DNA from: an uncultured Dysgonomonas sp.
GTDB lineage: Bacteria; Bacteroidota; Bacteroidia; Bacteroidales; Dysgonomonadaceae
NCBI RefSeq assembly: GCF_934668725.1
Contig: NZ_CAKUOF010000022.1
Location: forward strand, 4,562-36,561
Reading direction: 5' to 3'
DNA length: 32,000 nucleotides
Below are positions 8,589-17,200 of this stretch, piece after piece (within the stretch, counting starts at the first letter, position 1; each line of letters starts with the position of its first letter). The notes below the pieces were generated by a model. It was given only the letters and a program-made list of their open reading frames with translations, was not told the origin of the DNA and ran no database searches. Position numbers and translations under genes: made by a program.

Positions 8589-8783
8589 TCAATCTCTTTT
8601 TGAGTCATTACCCTCTATATCGTCTTCAAGCCCTTTTACTCCTTCTTTGAAGCTCTTGATGCCCTTTCCTATACCTCGCATCAATTCAGGAATCTTTTTA
8701 CCTCCAAATAGTAATAAAACAACAATAGCTATAATGATAATCTCTCCTGTTCCAAGATTACCTAAAAATAAAAGTGTATTCAT
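8589..8783 (-). CDS. tatA: Twin-arginine translocase subunit TatA/E
   Basis: 64 aa. A single TM segment followed by an amphipathic helix ([34 protein letters not shown]). Confidence 0.9.
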   Translation of the reverse strand: MNTLLFLGNLGTGEIIIIAIVVLLLFGGKKIPELMRGIGKGIKSFKEGVKGLEDDIEGNDSKRD

Positions 8784-8950
8784 TTTCTATATTTTTTTAT
8801 GTAATAAATATTTTTTTTAATCATATGTCAATTTACAGACCTCATATACATATATATGTATCGGTTAATTCTATTTTTTCAAAGTAATAAAGCTCATCTG
8901 TGATATATGTACAAGGTTCATTGTTTAAATGTAACTATAATTACAGGAAA

Positions 8951-9922
8951 TCAACATATATTATCCCACACAATATTGTTTTCGATTCCCGATGTATAAT
9001 ATACTTTATACTCGCCTTCTTCATCACATATAAATAAAGCATCTAGGTCGGGGTACTTTTCGATCCACTCCATAGCTTTATCCAGACCTCCTACCATAAA
9101 TGCGGTGGCAAATGCATCTGCGGTAATAGCATCATTGGCAATTACAGTAGTAGACAATAGATTATGCCTTACAGGATATCCTGTTGCAGGATTAATGGTA
9201 TGAGTCACCTTGTTACCGTTTTCGATATAAAACTGACGATAATTGCCGGATGTAGCGATCCCCCTATCTGTTATCTGCAATATTGCCTGTAAATCTTGTC
9301 CGGGAACAGGATTATTTTCAGACGGACGATCAATACCAATTCTCCAAGGCTCTCCTTGTGTATTACAACCTCGTAACCGAATCTCTCCCCCTATTTCTAC
9401 CAGATAGTCAAAACAATGTTGTTTTTCGAGATAAGAAGCAACAATATCTGCCGAATAACCTTTTGCAATAGCATTAGCATTTAGTAAAACTGTGGCTGTT
9501 GATTTTATAACACGCTTGTTATCTATCCAAATCTTATCCATACCAATATTTGTCTTCAGCCTATTGACTTGCTCCTCATCCGGTATACTCTTTTTCTCCG
9601 AACTAAAGCCCCAGGCTCTGAACAAAGGCTCCGCCGATATATCAAAGGTTCCCTCTGTTTGATTACTAATCTCTTTTGCTTTATTAAAAACATAGGCAAA
9701 ATAATCATCAACTTCTATGTCTTCATTCCTGTTTATTCGAGAAATAATCGAAGTCTCATCGTACACAGAAAGTGATTTTTCAAAACCAGCTAATAAGTTT
9801 TCTATATCTACACGGAAGTCTCGATTACCTTCGTATCGATATATTATGTTATAACTTGTGCCCTCAGCTCTTCCTTGGATATTGTAATAACAGGTACCAT
9901 CATCGGCTAATACTACATTCAT
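8951..9922 (-). CDS. apbE: FAD:protein FMN transferase (ApbE family), apparently lacking a signal peptide
   Basis: 323 aa. ApbE blocks AEGTSYNIIY, FDISAEPL...WGF, AIAKGYSAD, GGEIRLRG, WRIGIDRP, IATSGNYRQF, HTINPATGYP, DAFATAF. An in-frame TAG at 9938-9940 precludes any N-terminal extension. Confidence 0.85.
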   Translation of the reverse strand: MNVVLADDGTCYYNIQGRAEGTSYNIIYRYEGNRDFRVDIENLLAGFEKSLSVYDETSIISRINRNEDIEVDDYFAYVFNKAKEISNQTEGTFDISAEPLFRAWGFSSEKKSIPDEEQVNRLKTNIGMDKIWIDNKRVIKSTATVLLNANAIAKGYSADIVASYLEKQHCFDYLVEIGGEIRLRGCNTQGEPWRIGIDRPSENNPVPGQDLQAILQITDRGIATSGNYRQFYIENGNKVTHTINPATGYPVRHNLLSTTVIANDAITADAFATAFMVGGLDKAMEWIEKYPDLDALFICDEEGEYKVYYTSGIENNIVWDNIC

Positions 9923-9956
9923 ATTTCTCTTATCATACTAATCTCAAACACTCCTG

Positions 9957-10844
9957 TTATTCGCTATAACTGGTTTTCACGAGTGGACAGCTAATCAGAT
10001 AGTCTAAACTTTTTTGGACACTCTCTATCGGTGTAAAGTTGTAATTTTCAACCTCTACAATCAGATTTTCAGTACCCGCTGCATCTGTATTTTTGAAAAT
10101 AGCATCGAAGCCTACCATACCACTTTGTCCAAGCTCTTTATTATCTTTGATATGTAATAGTTTGAAACGACCATTGTATTTATTAAAATAATCGACCGGG
10201 CTTTGCTGTCCTCTTACTACCCAATATACATCCATCTGATAAAATACATATTCGGGATCTGTATGTTCTATCATATAATCATACATTACCTGCCCTTCTA
10301 GTTTCTGAAATTCATGTGCATGATTATGGTATCCAAACAAAATTCCTTTTTCTTTACATCTTTTTCCGATCTCATTATAGTACTCGCAATAAGTTTGTAA
10401 ATCTTTGAGATTTTTGGGAACTTCCATCCAGGGAGCAACAATATAGGTCATACCGGCAGCCTTATGTGCATCGATACATTTGTCCCACCACCGGAGCGAT
10501 TCCGAAAAATCTTTAGATGCTAATTCTTTCTCAGATAATTGTTTTGACGTATGGGATGAGAGCACATTCATTCCGTTTTTTTCTATATCGGATTTAAATT
10601 CAGCCGGAGTCTTCCCATAGAACAAACCATCATTATAGTTGGCGGCTTCTACATGGGTAAACCCCATCTCTCCCACTTTTTTTAGTGTCCCCTCATAATC
10701 TTTAGAAATATCATCTCTCACCGAATAAAGCTGTAAAGCAATATCTTTTTGATTGGGAGCTAAATCTTTAGAAGTAACTTTTTGTTCAGCCATACACACT
10801 GTTGATATAAAGACAATTATTACAAATAACAAATTCTTCTTCAT
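9957..10844 (-). CDS. Secreted sugar phosphate isomerase/epimerase-family protein (xylose isomerase-like TIM barrel)
   Basis: 295 aa. Signal peptide MKKNLLFVIIVFISTVCMA. TIM-barrel blocks LQLYSVRD, GFTHVEAANY, GYHNHAHEF, LLHIKD. Confidence 0.75.
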   Translation of the reverse strand: MKKNLLFVIIVFISTVCMAEQKVTSKDLAPNQKDIALQLYSVRDDISKDYEGTLKKVGEMGFTHVEAANYNDGLFYGKTPAEFKSDIEKNGMNVLSSHTSKQLSEKELASKDFSESLRWWDKCIDAHKAAGMTYIVAPWMEVPKNLKDLQTYCEYYNEIGKRCKEKGILFGYHNHAHEFQKLEGQVMYDYMIEHTDPEYVFYQMDVYWVVRGQQSPVDYFNKYNGRFKLLHIKDNKELGQSGMVGFDAIFKNTDAAGTENLIVEVENYNFTPIESVQKSLDYLISCPLVKTSYSE

Positions 10845-10961
10845 GGCAAAAATATCAGATTATTCAATTAAAGTATCAGGCCTTTGTATTAAGTTTGATT
10901 GATGGTAGATATGTATCGTTTCTACTTTTCCATAAACCCATCTTATAAAATAGAAATGTAG

Positions 10962-11013
10962 TTTCATTGAAAAATCAAATCCACCAAAATGTTTCTTTAA
11001 TGGATTTGATTTT
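10962..11013 (-). terminator. Hairpin terminator downstream of the DUF1080 gene
   Basis: AAAATCAAATCCA (10971-10983) / TGGATTTGATTTT (11001-11013), perfect 13 bp. On the minus strand the stem ends in a T run (TTTTT). Confidence 0.5.
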
Positions 11014-11042
11014 CAACTCTGAAAAAAATGAAAAGGATGTAT

Positions 11043-11927
11043 TTAATCTAGTATTTTTATTCTTATATTTCTAAACCACACATCATCACCATGATCCTGT
11101 AATCCGATATACCCTTCTCTTTTCTCTCCGCCACAATTATTTAGCAATTCAAATGCCAATGGCCAAGCTTCTTCGCTAAACTTACTTTTTTGAAGCATTT
11201 CAGTCCATTGTGGAGTCCAAAGATGGTATTCAAGTACATTCTCGCCATTCTGACCATGTACCACAGTACCTTTGTATACCATAACTTTAGCTTTATTCCA
11301 CTCACCAAAAGGTTTGCTATTTTGTGGGTTTGCCGCTATCATATCATATAATGATGCAGATTGGCGGTTATTATCTTTTCCTAATTTGGCATCCGGATGA
11401 TTTACATTATCCAGCACTTGATACTCAGGTGCAGAAATATAGATTGGTTCCATTTTCATTTCGCCTGTTTTATCATCTTTAGTTTCAATCTCCTGAGCCA
11501 AATAGAAAATACCGGAGTTGCCTCCTTTAGAAACTTTCCATTCCAATTCTAGTTCAAAATTTTTGAATTTAGAAGAAAATATAAGATCTCCTCCGTCTCC
11601 ATCTTGAGCTTCACCGCCTCCCGATCCATTAAATTTTATAGCACCATTGTCGATAGTCCATTTCGAAGGCACTTTGTCTTTTCCGTATCCGCGCCATCCT
11701 TTGAAGGTTTTTCCATCAAAAATAGTAATATAGCCATCTTTATCTTTAGGAAACTCTTCGAGATTAACAACAGGTTTCTCTACAACTGTATATGCAGGTG
11801 CCACTTTCTCTTCTGTTTTTTGTTCTGTACTTTGCGCTGCATTATCAGCCGTTTTTTTCTCTCCGCCACAAGCGATTAGTGTTCCGGCAATCGCAAAACA
11901 ACTCAATCTTAAAACTAACTTATTCAT
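11043..11927 (-). CDS. DUF1080 / 3-keto-disaccharide hydrolase-family lipoprotein
   Basis: 294 aa. Lipobox LIAC. Characteristic DUF1080 blocks GWRGYG...KWTIDNGAI, DLIFSSKFKNFELELEWKVSKGGNSGIFY, EYQVLDN, and C-terminal GYIGLQDHGDDVWFRNIRIKIL. Confidence 0.85.
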   Translation of the reverse strand: MNKLVLRLSCFAIAGTLIACGGEKKTADNAAQSTEQKTEEKVAPAYTVVEKPVVNLEEFPKDKDGYITIFDGKTFKGWRGYGKDKVPSKWTIDNGAIKFNGSGGGEAQDGDGGDLIFSSKFKNFELELEWKVSKGGNSGIFYLAQEIETKDDKTGEMKMEPIYISAPEYQVLDNVNHPDAKLGKDNNRQSASLYDMIAANPQNSKPFGEWNKAKVMVYKGTVVHGQNGENVLEYHLWTPQWTEMLQKSKFSEEAWPLAFELLNNCGGEKREGYIGLQDHGDDVWFRNIRIKILD

Positions 11928-12017
11928 ATATTATTTTTTTAGTAATTAAAAGCATTTAATGATGTATTCCAGAATTATACATTAATCTCCGGTTACATAT
12001 ACAATAGGCTTGCAACT

Positions 12018-13490
12018 TTATTTAGGCATATCAGGTAATTTCCATCCATCACGATAAGTATGTTTAATCAGCTCCTGAGCAAAAGCGGCTGCATTTACAG
12101 GCTCTGTCCATTTTTTATCGAAAGTAGGATGTCCGTCTTTTATCTGGAAACCATCTTTTATCACAGTTCTTATCGTTGCATCCGGATCTATATTGGTGAA
12201 CCTCATATTCGGGCCATCCCAATCCAATACCTGATTCAGACCTTGTAGTCTTATGGCAAGAACACCCATTACTACAATTTCATTAAAAGGCCCTGCTTCG
12301 CTAAACGGAGATGCTGTTTCTACTCTGTTGGATGGATCTTCTTTACAAGCTCTTACCCAATCCATCTCATGAGATGTTTTTACCTCTCTCAACACTTTTG
12401 GGGCTGACGGCACACGTCCCGAAAGTAAATAAGGGTCTTTTCCGTAACAACCGCATATCAGTGTATCTTTCGTTCCGTGGAAAATAACACCTCCTCCGTC
12501 ATCATTCAAATCTTTATTGGCAGGCATACCTTCGGGACGCATTGGTTTTAATCCTCCATCGTACCATATTACTTCTACTTCGGGCATAGCTACCTTTGGC
12601 ATATTATCTCTGGCAGGGAATACAAATTTTACCATCTGTGCATTTGGTGCACAAGCTGTTAATAGCAATGTTGAGCTTCCTTGAACTTTAGTTGGATATC
12701 CGAGTTTCAGGCCTTTAAATACAGGATGAAGAATATGGCACGCCATATCGCCTAATGCACCTGTACCAAATTCCCACCAGCCACGCCAGTTCCAGGGTGT
12801 ATATATAGAGTTGTATTCACAGAATTGTGCCGGTCCGATAAATAAATCCCAGTTTAATGTTTTAGGTACCTTTTCTACAACATCGGGGCGGTTCAATCCC
12901 TGAGGCCATATCGGACGATCGGTAAATGCTTCTACTTTTGTTATTTCTCCTATTTCCCCGTTCCATATCCATTCGCACACCTTGCGAACTCCTTCACCCG
13001 AAGATCCCTGATTACCCATTTGAGTAGCGACTTTATATTTATCGGCCAATTTGGTCAATAAGCGCGACTCGTAAACAGTATGAGTTAATGGCTTTTCGCA
13101 ATAAACATTTTTCCCCATAGTAATAGCATCGGCAGCTATTATAGCATGCGTATGATCGGCAGTTGCCACCATTACAGCATCAGCAGATTTACCCAGTTCA
13201 TCAAACATCTTTCGATAATCGTAGTATGCTTTCGCTTTAGGATAATCTTTAAAAACGTGCCCACTATATTTCCAGTCTACATCACATAAGCCAATAATGT
13301 TCTGTGTATTCATTCCTTTCAATACACCTGCTCCACGACCACCTATACCAACACCCAATATATTGAGTTTATCGCTAGGTGCCACTGAACCAAAACTTTG
13401 CCCTAAAACTGAACTTGGAATAATAGACAGTCCAATTGCTGCTTTAGCTCCCGTTTGTAAGAATTTTCTCCTAGAAATCTCTGATGCCAT
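12018..13490 (-). CDS. Periplasmic Gfo/Idh/MocA-family oxidoreductase with a twin-arginine signal
   Basis: 490 aa. Tat motif SRRKFLQTGAKAAIGLSI. Rossmann motif LNILGVGIGGRGAG. EKPL motif YCEKPLTHT. Confidence 0.85.
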   Translation of the reverse strand: MASEISRRKFLQTGAKAAIGLSIIPSSVLGQSFGSVAPSDKLNILGVGIGGRGAGVLKGMNTQNIIGLCDVDWKYSGHVFKDYPKAKAYYDYRKMFDELGKSADAVMVATADHTHAIIAADAITMGKNVYCEKPLTHTVYESRLLTKLADKYKVATQMGNQGSSGEGVRKVCEWIWNGEIGEITKVEAFTDRPIWPQGLNRPDVVEKVPKTLNWDLFIGPAQFCEYNSIYTPWNWRGWWEFGTGALGDMACHILHPVFKGLKLGYPTKVQGSSTLLLTACAPNAQMVKFVFPARDNMPKVAMPEVEVIWYDGGLKPMRPEGMPANKDLNDDGGGVIFHGTKDTLICGCYGKDPYLLSGRVPSAPKVLREVKTSHEMDWVRACKEDPSNRVETASPFSEAGPFNEIVVMGVLAIRLQGLNQVLDWDGPNMRFTNIDPDATIRTVIKDGFQIKDGHPTFDKKWTEPVNAAAFAQELIKHTYRDGWKLPDMPK

Positions 13491-13554
13491 AATCTTAATT
13501 TATTAGTTAACAATTTTGTAATTTCATATATTTCTGATACGCTAATAGTTTGTG

Positions 13555-15240
13555 TTATGCTTTCACAATTTGCTCATTATCTTTATCCCAATACATAGTA
13601 CGTCCTTCCAAATAAGCTCTTGTACCCATATGAGCCGTTATAGCTTCTTCAAACGCAGCATCTATGCCGCACGATGGTTGCAGGTTTCTGTTACGGATAC
13701 ATTCGAGCCACTCTCTAAGATGTAGAAAAGTAGTATCATACCGTTTACCTCCCATATACGAATAAAGCAACCCACGCTCGGCAAAATACAATTCAGTAGC
13801 AGATGTAATAGCATCGACCTTGCTCTGTCCGGGCACATAGGTATAAAACGGAACATCGGGTTTAATAATACCCTGCTCTATTTTTTCCTTATAACGGGTC
13901 GATCCACTGTCAATTTTCAAGGTCAACGTATTACCCACTTCCATAGATGCATCGTGCCCCATAAATACTTTGCCTCTATTGCGGTTACTGGCAAGGGTGG
14001 CACTATATAACATGGTCAGATTTTTGTCGGGAAACTCAAATACTGTTTGCAATACATCAGGAACGGTTCTGCCATCCTTAAAGAAGTACACTCCTCCCGA
14101 AGATGCAGCCGAATGAGGAATGCCCGTCCCTAGTAATTGATTTACGGCATCGTACTCATGGGTTAGTAAATCGCCACTAAGCCCGGTACTGTAATCCCAC
14201 CAGCAACGCCAGCGAAAAAAGCGCTCAAGACTGAACTTATCACGCTCGTCAGGCCCCATATATTTTGCCAAATTATTACCCAGCATATATTCATTGTATT
14301 CTTTTATTCTCTGAGGATCACCCTCAAACTGTTTCCAGTCTATTGTTTTCGGATTTGCCGTCGGGTCTATGTCGTATACCCATGCTCCGTTCGGATCGTT
14401 CCTGTTGGTACACACTTCAATAAGGGTAATCGGACCGAGCAGCCCTTTGTCTATTATTTCCTTTGCTTTGCGATAACTATCAACCTGTCTTCCTTGGTGT
14501 CCTAATTGGAAAACAACATTCGACTGACGAATAACATCTCTTACTGCATAAGTCTCGGGCACAGTCCAAGTTAAGGGCTTCTCGCAATAAACATGTTTTC
14601 CGGCTTTTGCTGCATCCATCGCCATCGTTCCATGCCAATGGTCGGGAGTGGCAATTACAACAGCATCAATATCCTCGGCAGCCAACAATTCTTTATAGTT
14701 CAAGTAGCGCTTGGGTTGAGGTCCCATTTTTCCTCCAACCACTTCTTTATATATATTGCCTCCTGCCGCAATTCCTTCTTCTGCAAAGGTGTCAAATATA
14801 TCACATATTCCCGTTATTTGAACATTGAGGCTCTCTTGTGCCAAAAAGTCTTTGTAGCGAGTATCCGATGAGTTTTCTTTTGCCTCATCTTTTAATATCT
14901 GCATACGTTCGGGAGTCGCAAACCCCAAAGCTCTTAGCAACTGCTTTCCTCTGATTCCACAGCCAATAATCCCTAAGCGAATTAACTTTCCGTCGGTCTG
15001 CATCGCAGGAACAGGTGTAGATGCATTGCTGAGGTTGAATACATCGCTTACATCTTTCAGCGTTTTAATGCTTTTTTGTTTTTTGTAGGCACCATATGCG
15101 AGAGCACCTAGAAGAGGTACTGTTGCAAGTGTTTTAATAGCATTGCGCCTTCCCTGAGATTCTGGAAAAACGTCCTCTTTATCAGATTTATTATTCTTTT
15201 TTTCTGTATTTTCCTGTGGTGTATTATCTTCTGGTATCAT
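13555..15240 (-). CDS. Gfo/Idh/MocA-family oxidoreductase with a probable twin-arginine signal
   Basis: 561 aa. GRRNAIKTLATVPLLGALAYGAY (RR at residues 31-32). Rossmann motif IRLGIIGCGIRGKQ. YCEKPLTWT. WRCWWDYSTG, as in the periplasmic glycoside-3-dehydrogenase-like group. Confidence 0.8.
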   Translation of the reverse strand: MIPEDNTPQENTEKKNNKSDKEDVFPESQGRRNAIKTLATVPLLGALAYGAYKKQKSIKTLKDVSDVFNLSNASTPVPAMQTDGKLIRLGIIGCGIRGKQLLRALGFATPERMQILKDEAKENSSDTRYKDFLAQESLNVQITGICDIFDTFAEEGIAAGGNIYKEVVGGKMGPQPKRYLNYKELLAAEDIDAVVIATPDHWHGTMAMDAAKAGKHVYCEKPLTWTVPETYAVRDVIRQSNVVFQLGHQGRQVDSYRKAKEIIDKGLLGPITLIEVCTNRNDPNGAWVYDIDPTANPKTIDWKQFEGDPQRIKEYNEYMLGNNLAKYMGPDERDKFSLERFFRWRCWWDYSTGLSGDLLTHEYDAVNQLLGTGIPHSAASSGGVYFFKDGRTVPDVLQTVFEFPDKNLTMLYSATLASNRNRGKVFMGHDASMEVGNTLTLKIDSGSTRYKEKIEQGIIKPDVPFYTYVPGQSKVDAITSATELYFAERGLLYSYMGGKRYDTTFLHLREWLECIRNRNLQPSCGIDAAFEEAITAHMGTRAYLEGRTMYWDKDNEQIVKA

Positions 15241-15253
15241 CGTGTTATTCAGC

Positions 15254-15739
15254 TTATTTCTTAAATAATGTATTGATATATCTATCGAATCCTATAATCT
15301 GAGAAGTAGGAAAATAGATCAAAACCATTAGGGCTCCTATCTCAATAAGGTTTTTGTCGACCCATAAATAGCTCCCTTCGGTTGGCATCATATATTCGGC
15401 TCCGATAAAAGGAGCATGCGATAAGTAATACATTGCCAGAAAGATAACGCCTCCTATAGATGCATAACGTGACAAGCATCCCAATATAAGACCTAAACCT
15501 ACAAGTATCAGCCCATAGATATTTATATTATTGACAACCGACAGTAGCGCCTGATTACTTGCTATACTATGAAAAAATGAGGAGAGAAAGCCCTGCGAGT
15601 CCATTAAATAAGGGGATGCACTCCATCCCGGGCTAATCAACTTTACAACTCCTTCATAGAGGAAATGCCATCCAATTAACAGTCTTAACAAGACCAACCA
15701 AAATGTCTGAGAACGGGTATAAATAATTTGTCTATTCAT
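15254..15739 (-). CDS. DoxX-family integral membrane protein
   Basis: 161 aa, 4 TM segments. LLRLLIGWHFLYEGVVKL is the DoxX N-terminal signature. First gene of the minus-strand oxidoreductase operon, 13 nt upstream of the next CDS. Confidence 0.75.
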   Translation of the reverse strand: MNRQIIYTRSQTFWLVLLRLLIGWHFLYEGVVKLISPGWSASPYLMDSQGFLSSFFHSIASNQALLSVVNNINIYGLILVGLGLILGCLSRYASIGGVIFLAMYYLSHAPFIGAEYMMPTEGSYLWVDKNLIEIGALMVLIYFPTSQIIGFDRYINTLFKK

Positions 15740-16247
15740 AGATATTTAAATTCAGCAGGATTTAAATGGAAAGTTTAGTCCTACTCAAGATTAAGCATAA
15801 TTTTTATTTAGTAAAGTTATTTGTGTTTAAGTCATTCTTATTTAAGGCTAAAATTCAGCACTAAAAACTACTAGACTGATTAAACATGTCAATAAAGCTA
15901 TAGCTTTTTAAATAAAAAAACACCCTTCCGAATGTTAATAATTCACAATGCAGACTAAGACTAATCACTGTGAAAATCTACAATAAGACAAATACGTTAA
16001 AGTATGATGTATTGTATTTTGACCAATAAGTATATTTTAAGGACATTTCCGAAAAACAATCACAGACAATGCTAAGTATAGTTGTCAATATTTAGCATTT
16101 TTGAAAAATACAAATTACAAGGAACAAAACTCTATTAATCATATGCTATTAATGAAAACTTACTCAAAAGAGATTTACATTCACATGAGAGTTGATTATA
16201 TTCGGGAACAAAATAAAGCTTTTTGGACATGACAAGTGTAATACAAT

Positions 16248-16289
16248 ATAAAAAAGGCACAATTCTATCAAAATTGACAGAATTGTGCC
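16248..16289 (-). terminator. Strong rho-independent terminator closing the ECF/TonB-receptor operon
   Basis: GGCACAATTCT (16256-16266) / AGAATTGTGCC (16279-16289), perfect 11 bp. The minus-strand reading is followed by TTTTTT (A-run at 16250-16255). Lies 24 nt after the stop of the last gene. Confidence 0.7.
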
Positions 16290-16312
16290 TGCTGACAAGC
16301 TATTGAATCGGG

Positions 16313-17122
16313 TTAATAATATGTTTCCGTGAGCCCTTTAAATGTTATCTTAATCTGTGAGCCTGAACCATAATCCGATTGAATGATTTGAGCAACAACC
16401 CTATCGTTATCGGCCATGATATCTAATTTACCGCTGATCGGGTATAAGTTCGAGAAAGATGACAACATATATATATAAGATACCGGTTCTACTATCTCAT
16501 AATGAATATTCGCAGAATTGAGTTTTAGATTCCCTTTTCCGCTTTCCACTTTAAAATCATAGAGATTAGGTGATTTATCATAGGACTTAGAGCCTTTTAC
16601 CTTCAATTCGGCATTACTCATATCATCATCCCAAAAGCTGTAACCTGAAAGTATGTTATAATATTTGAGGTTTGCTGCTATGATCTTCCAATCTTTATCT
16701 CCGGAACTTTCTACACGGAAGTTTTCGTCTTCAAAAACAATCACTCCTTTCTCCCATGCATTCGTTATCACTTTTGCAGTCCATACCGCACCAGATTCAT
16801 TGATCGATTTTTGATTATGAGTAAAAGTTATCTCACGAGTATTATCATCCAAAGTCCATGTTTTATCTGTTTTGGTAATCGTATAACGCGATAAGAAATA
16901 GTTCTTAATTCCTTCCTTCTCATCATCCGGAGCTTGTGCATAATAATCAACCTTTGTCATCAAGTCTAATAGGCATATCGACTGAGAAAGGCGACTCTCG
17001 GTATCATCATAGGCAATTTTCCCTTGTAATGTTTTAGGATACCCGCTCTGTCCCTCTTCCACTTCACAAGCTGAAAATAAAGTAACAAATAATAATGTCA
17101 GTATATAAATTATTTTTTTCAT
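16313..17122 (-). CDS. Hypothetical lipoprotein with no recognisable domain. Acidic residues follow the lipid-modified Cys.
   Basis: The ORF track starts at 17185, but the internal Met at 17122 yields a classical lipoprotein signal MKKIIYILTLLFVTLFSAC-EVEEG. The mature part is beta-rich. Last gene of the operon. Confidence 0.65.
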   Translation of the reverse strand: MKKIIYILTLLFVTLFSACEVEEGQSGYPKTLQGKIAYDDTESRLSQSICLLDLMTKVDYYAQAPDDEKEGIKNYFLSRYTITKTDKTWTLDDNTREITFTHNQKSINESGAVWTAKVITNAWEKGVIVFEDENFRVESSGDKDWKIIAANLKYYNILSGYSFWDDDMSNAELKVKGSKSYDKSPNLYDFKVESGKGNLKLNSANIHYEIVEPVSYIYMLSSFSNLYPISGKLDIMADNDRVVAQIIQSDYGSGSQIKITFKGLTETYY

Positions 17123-17200
17123 GTTTGTCTTGAATTTATTAATTGAAAATATTGAATGATCTATTAGCATGTTTATAAGTCTCATAAATTGGTTACATTA

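Noticed and set aside
9283-9969. Three + strand ORFs (9283-9471, 9569-9775, 9772-9969) opposite apbE
   Set aside because: They are antisense to a motif-rich ApbE CDS and give low-complexity translations. This is the typical shadow-ORF pattern.
16143-16232. 29-codon + strand small ORF (MLLMKTYSKEIYIHMRVDYIREQNKAFWT) in the long doxX upstream region
   Set aside because: It has no supporting signal (no promoter box, no terminator in that orientation). In AT-rich DNA it is indistinguishable from chance.
17123-17185. 21-codon N-terminal extension (MRLINMLIDHSIFSINKFKTN) of the last lipoprotein as given in the ORF track
   Set aside because: The internal Met at 17122 begins a textbook lipoprotein signal (MKKIIYILTLLFVTLFSAC). 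The extension would bury it, so I annotate the shorter CDS.
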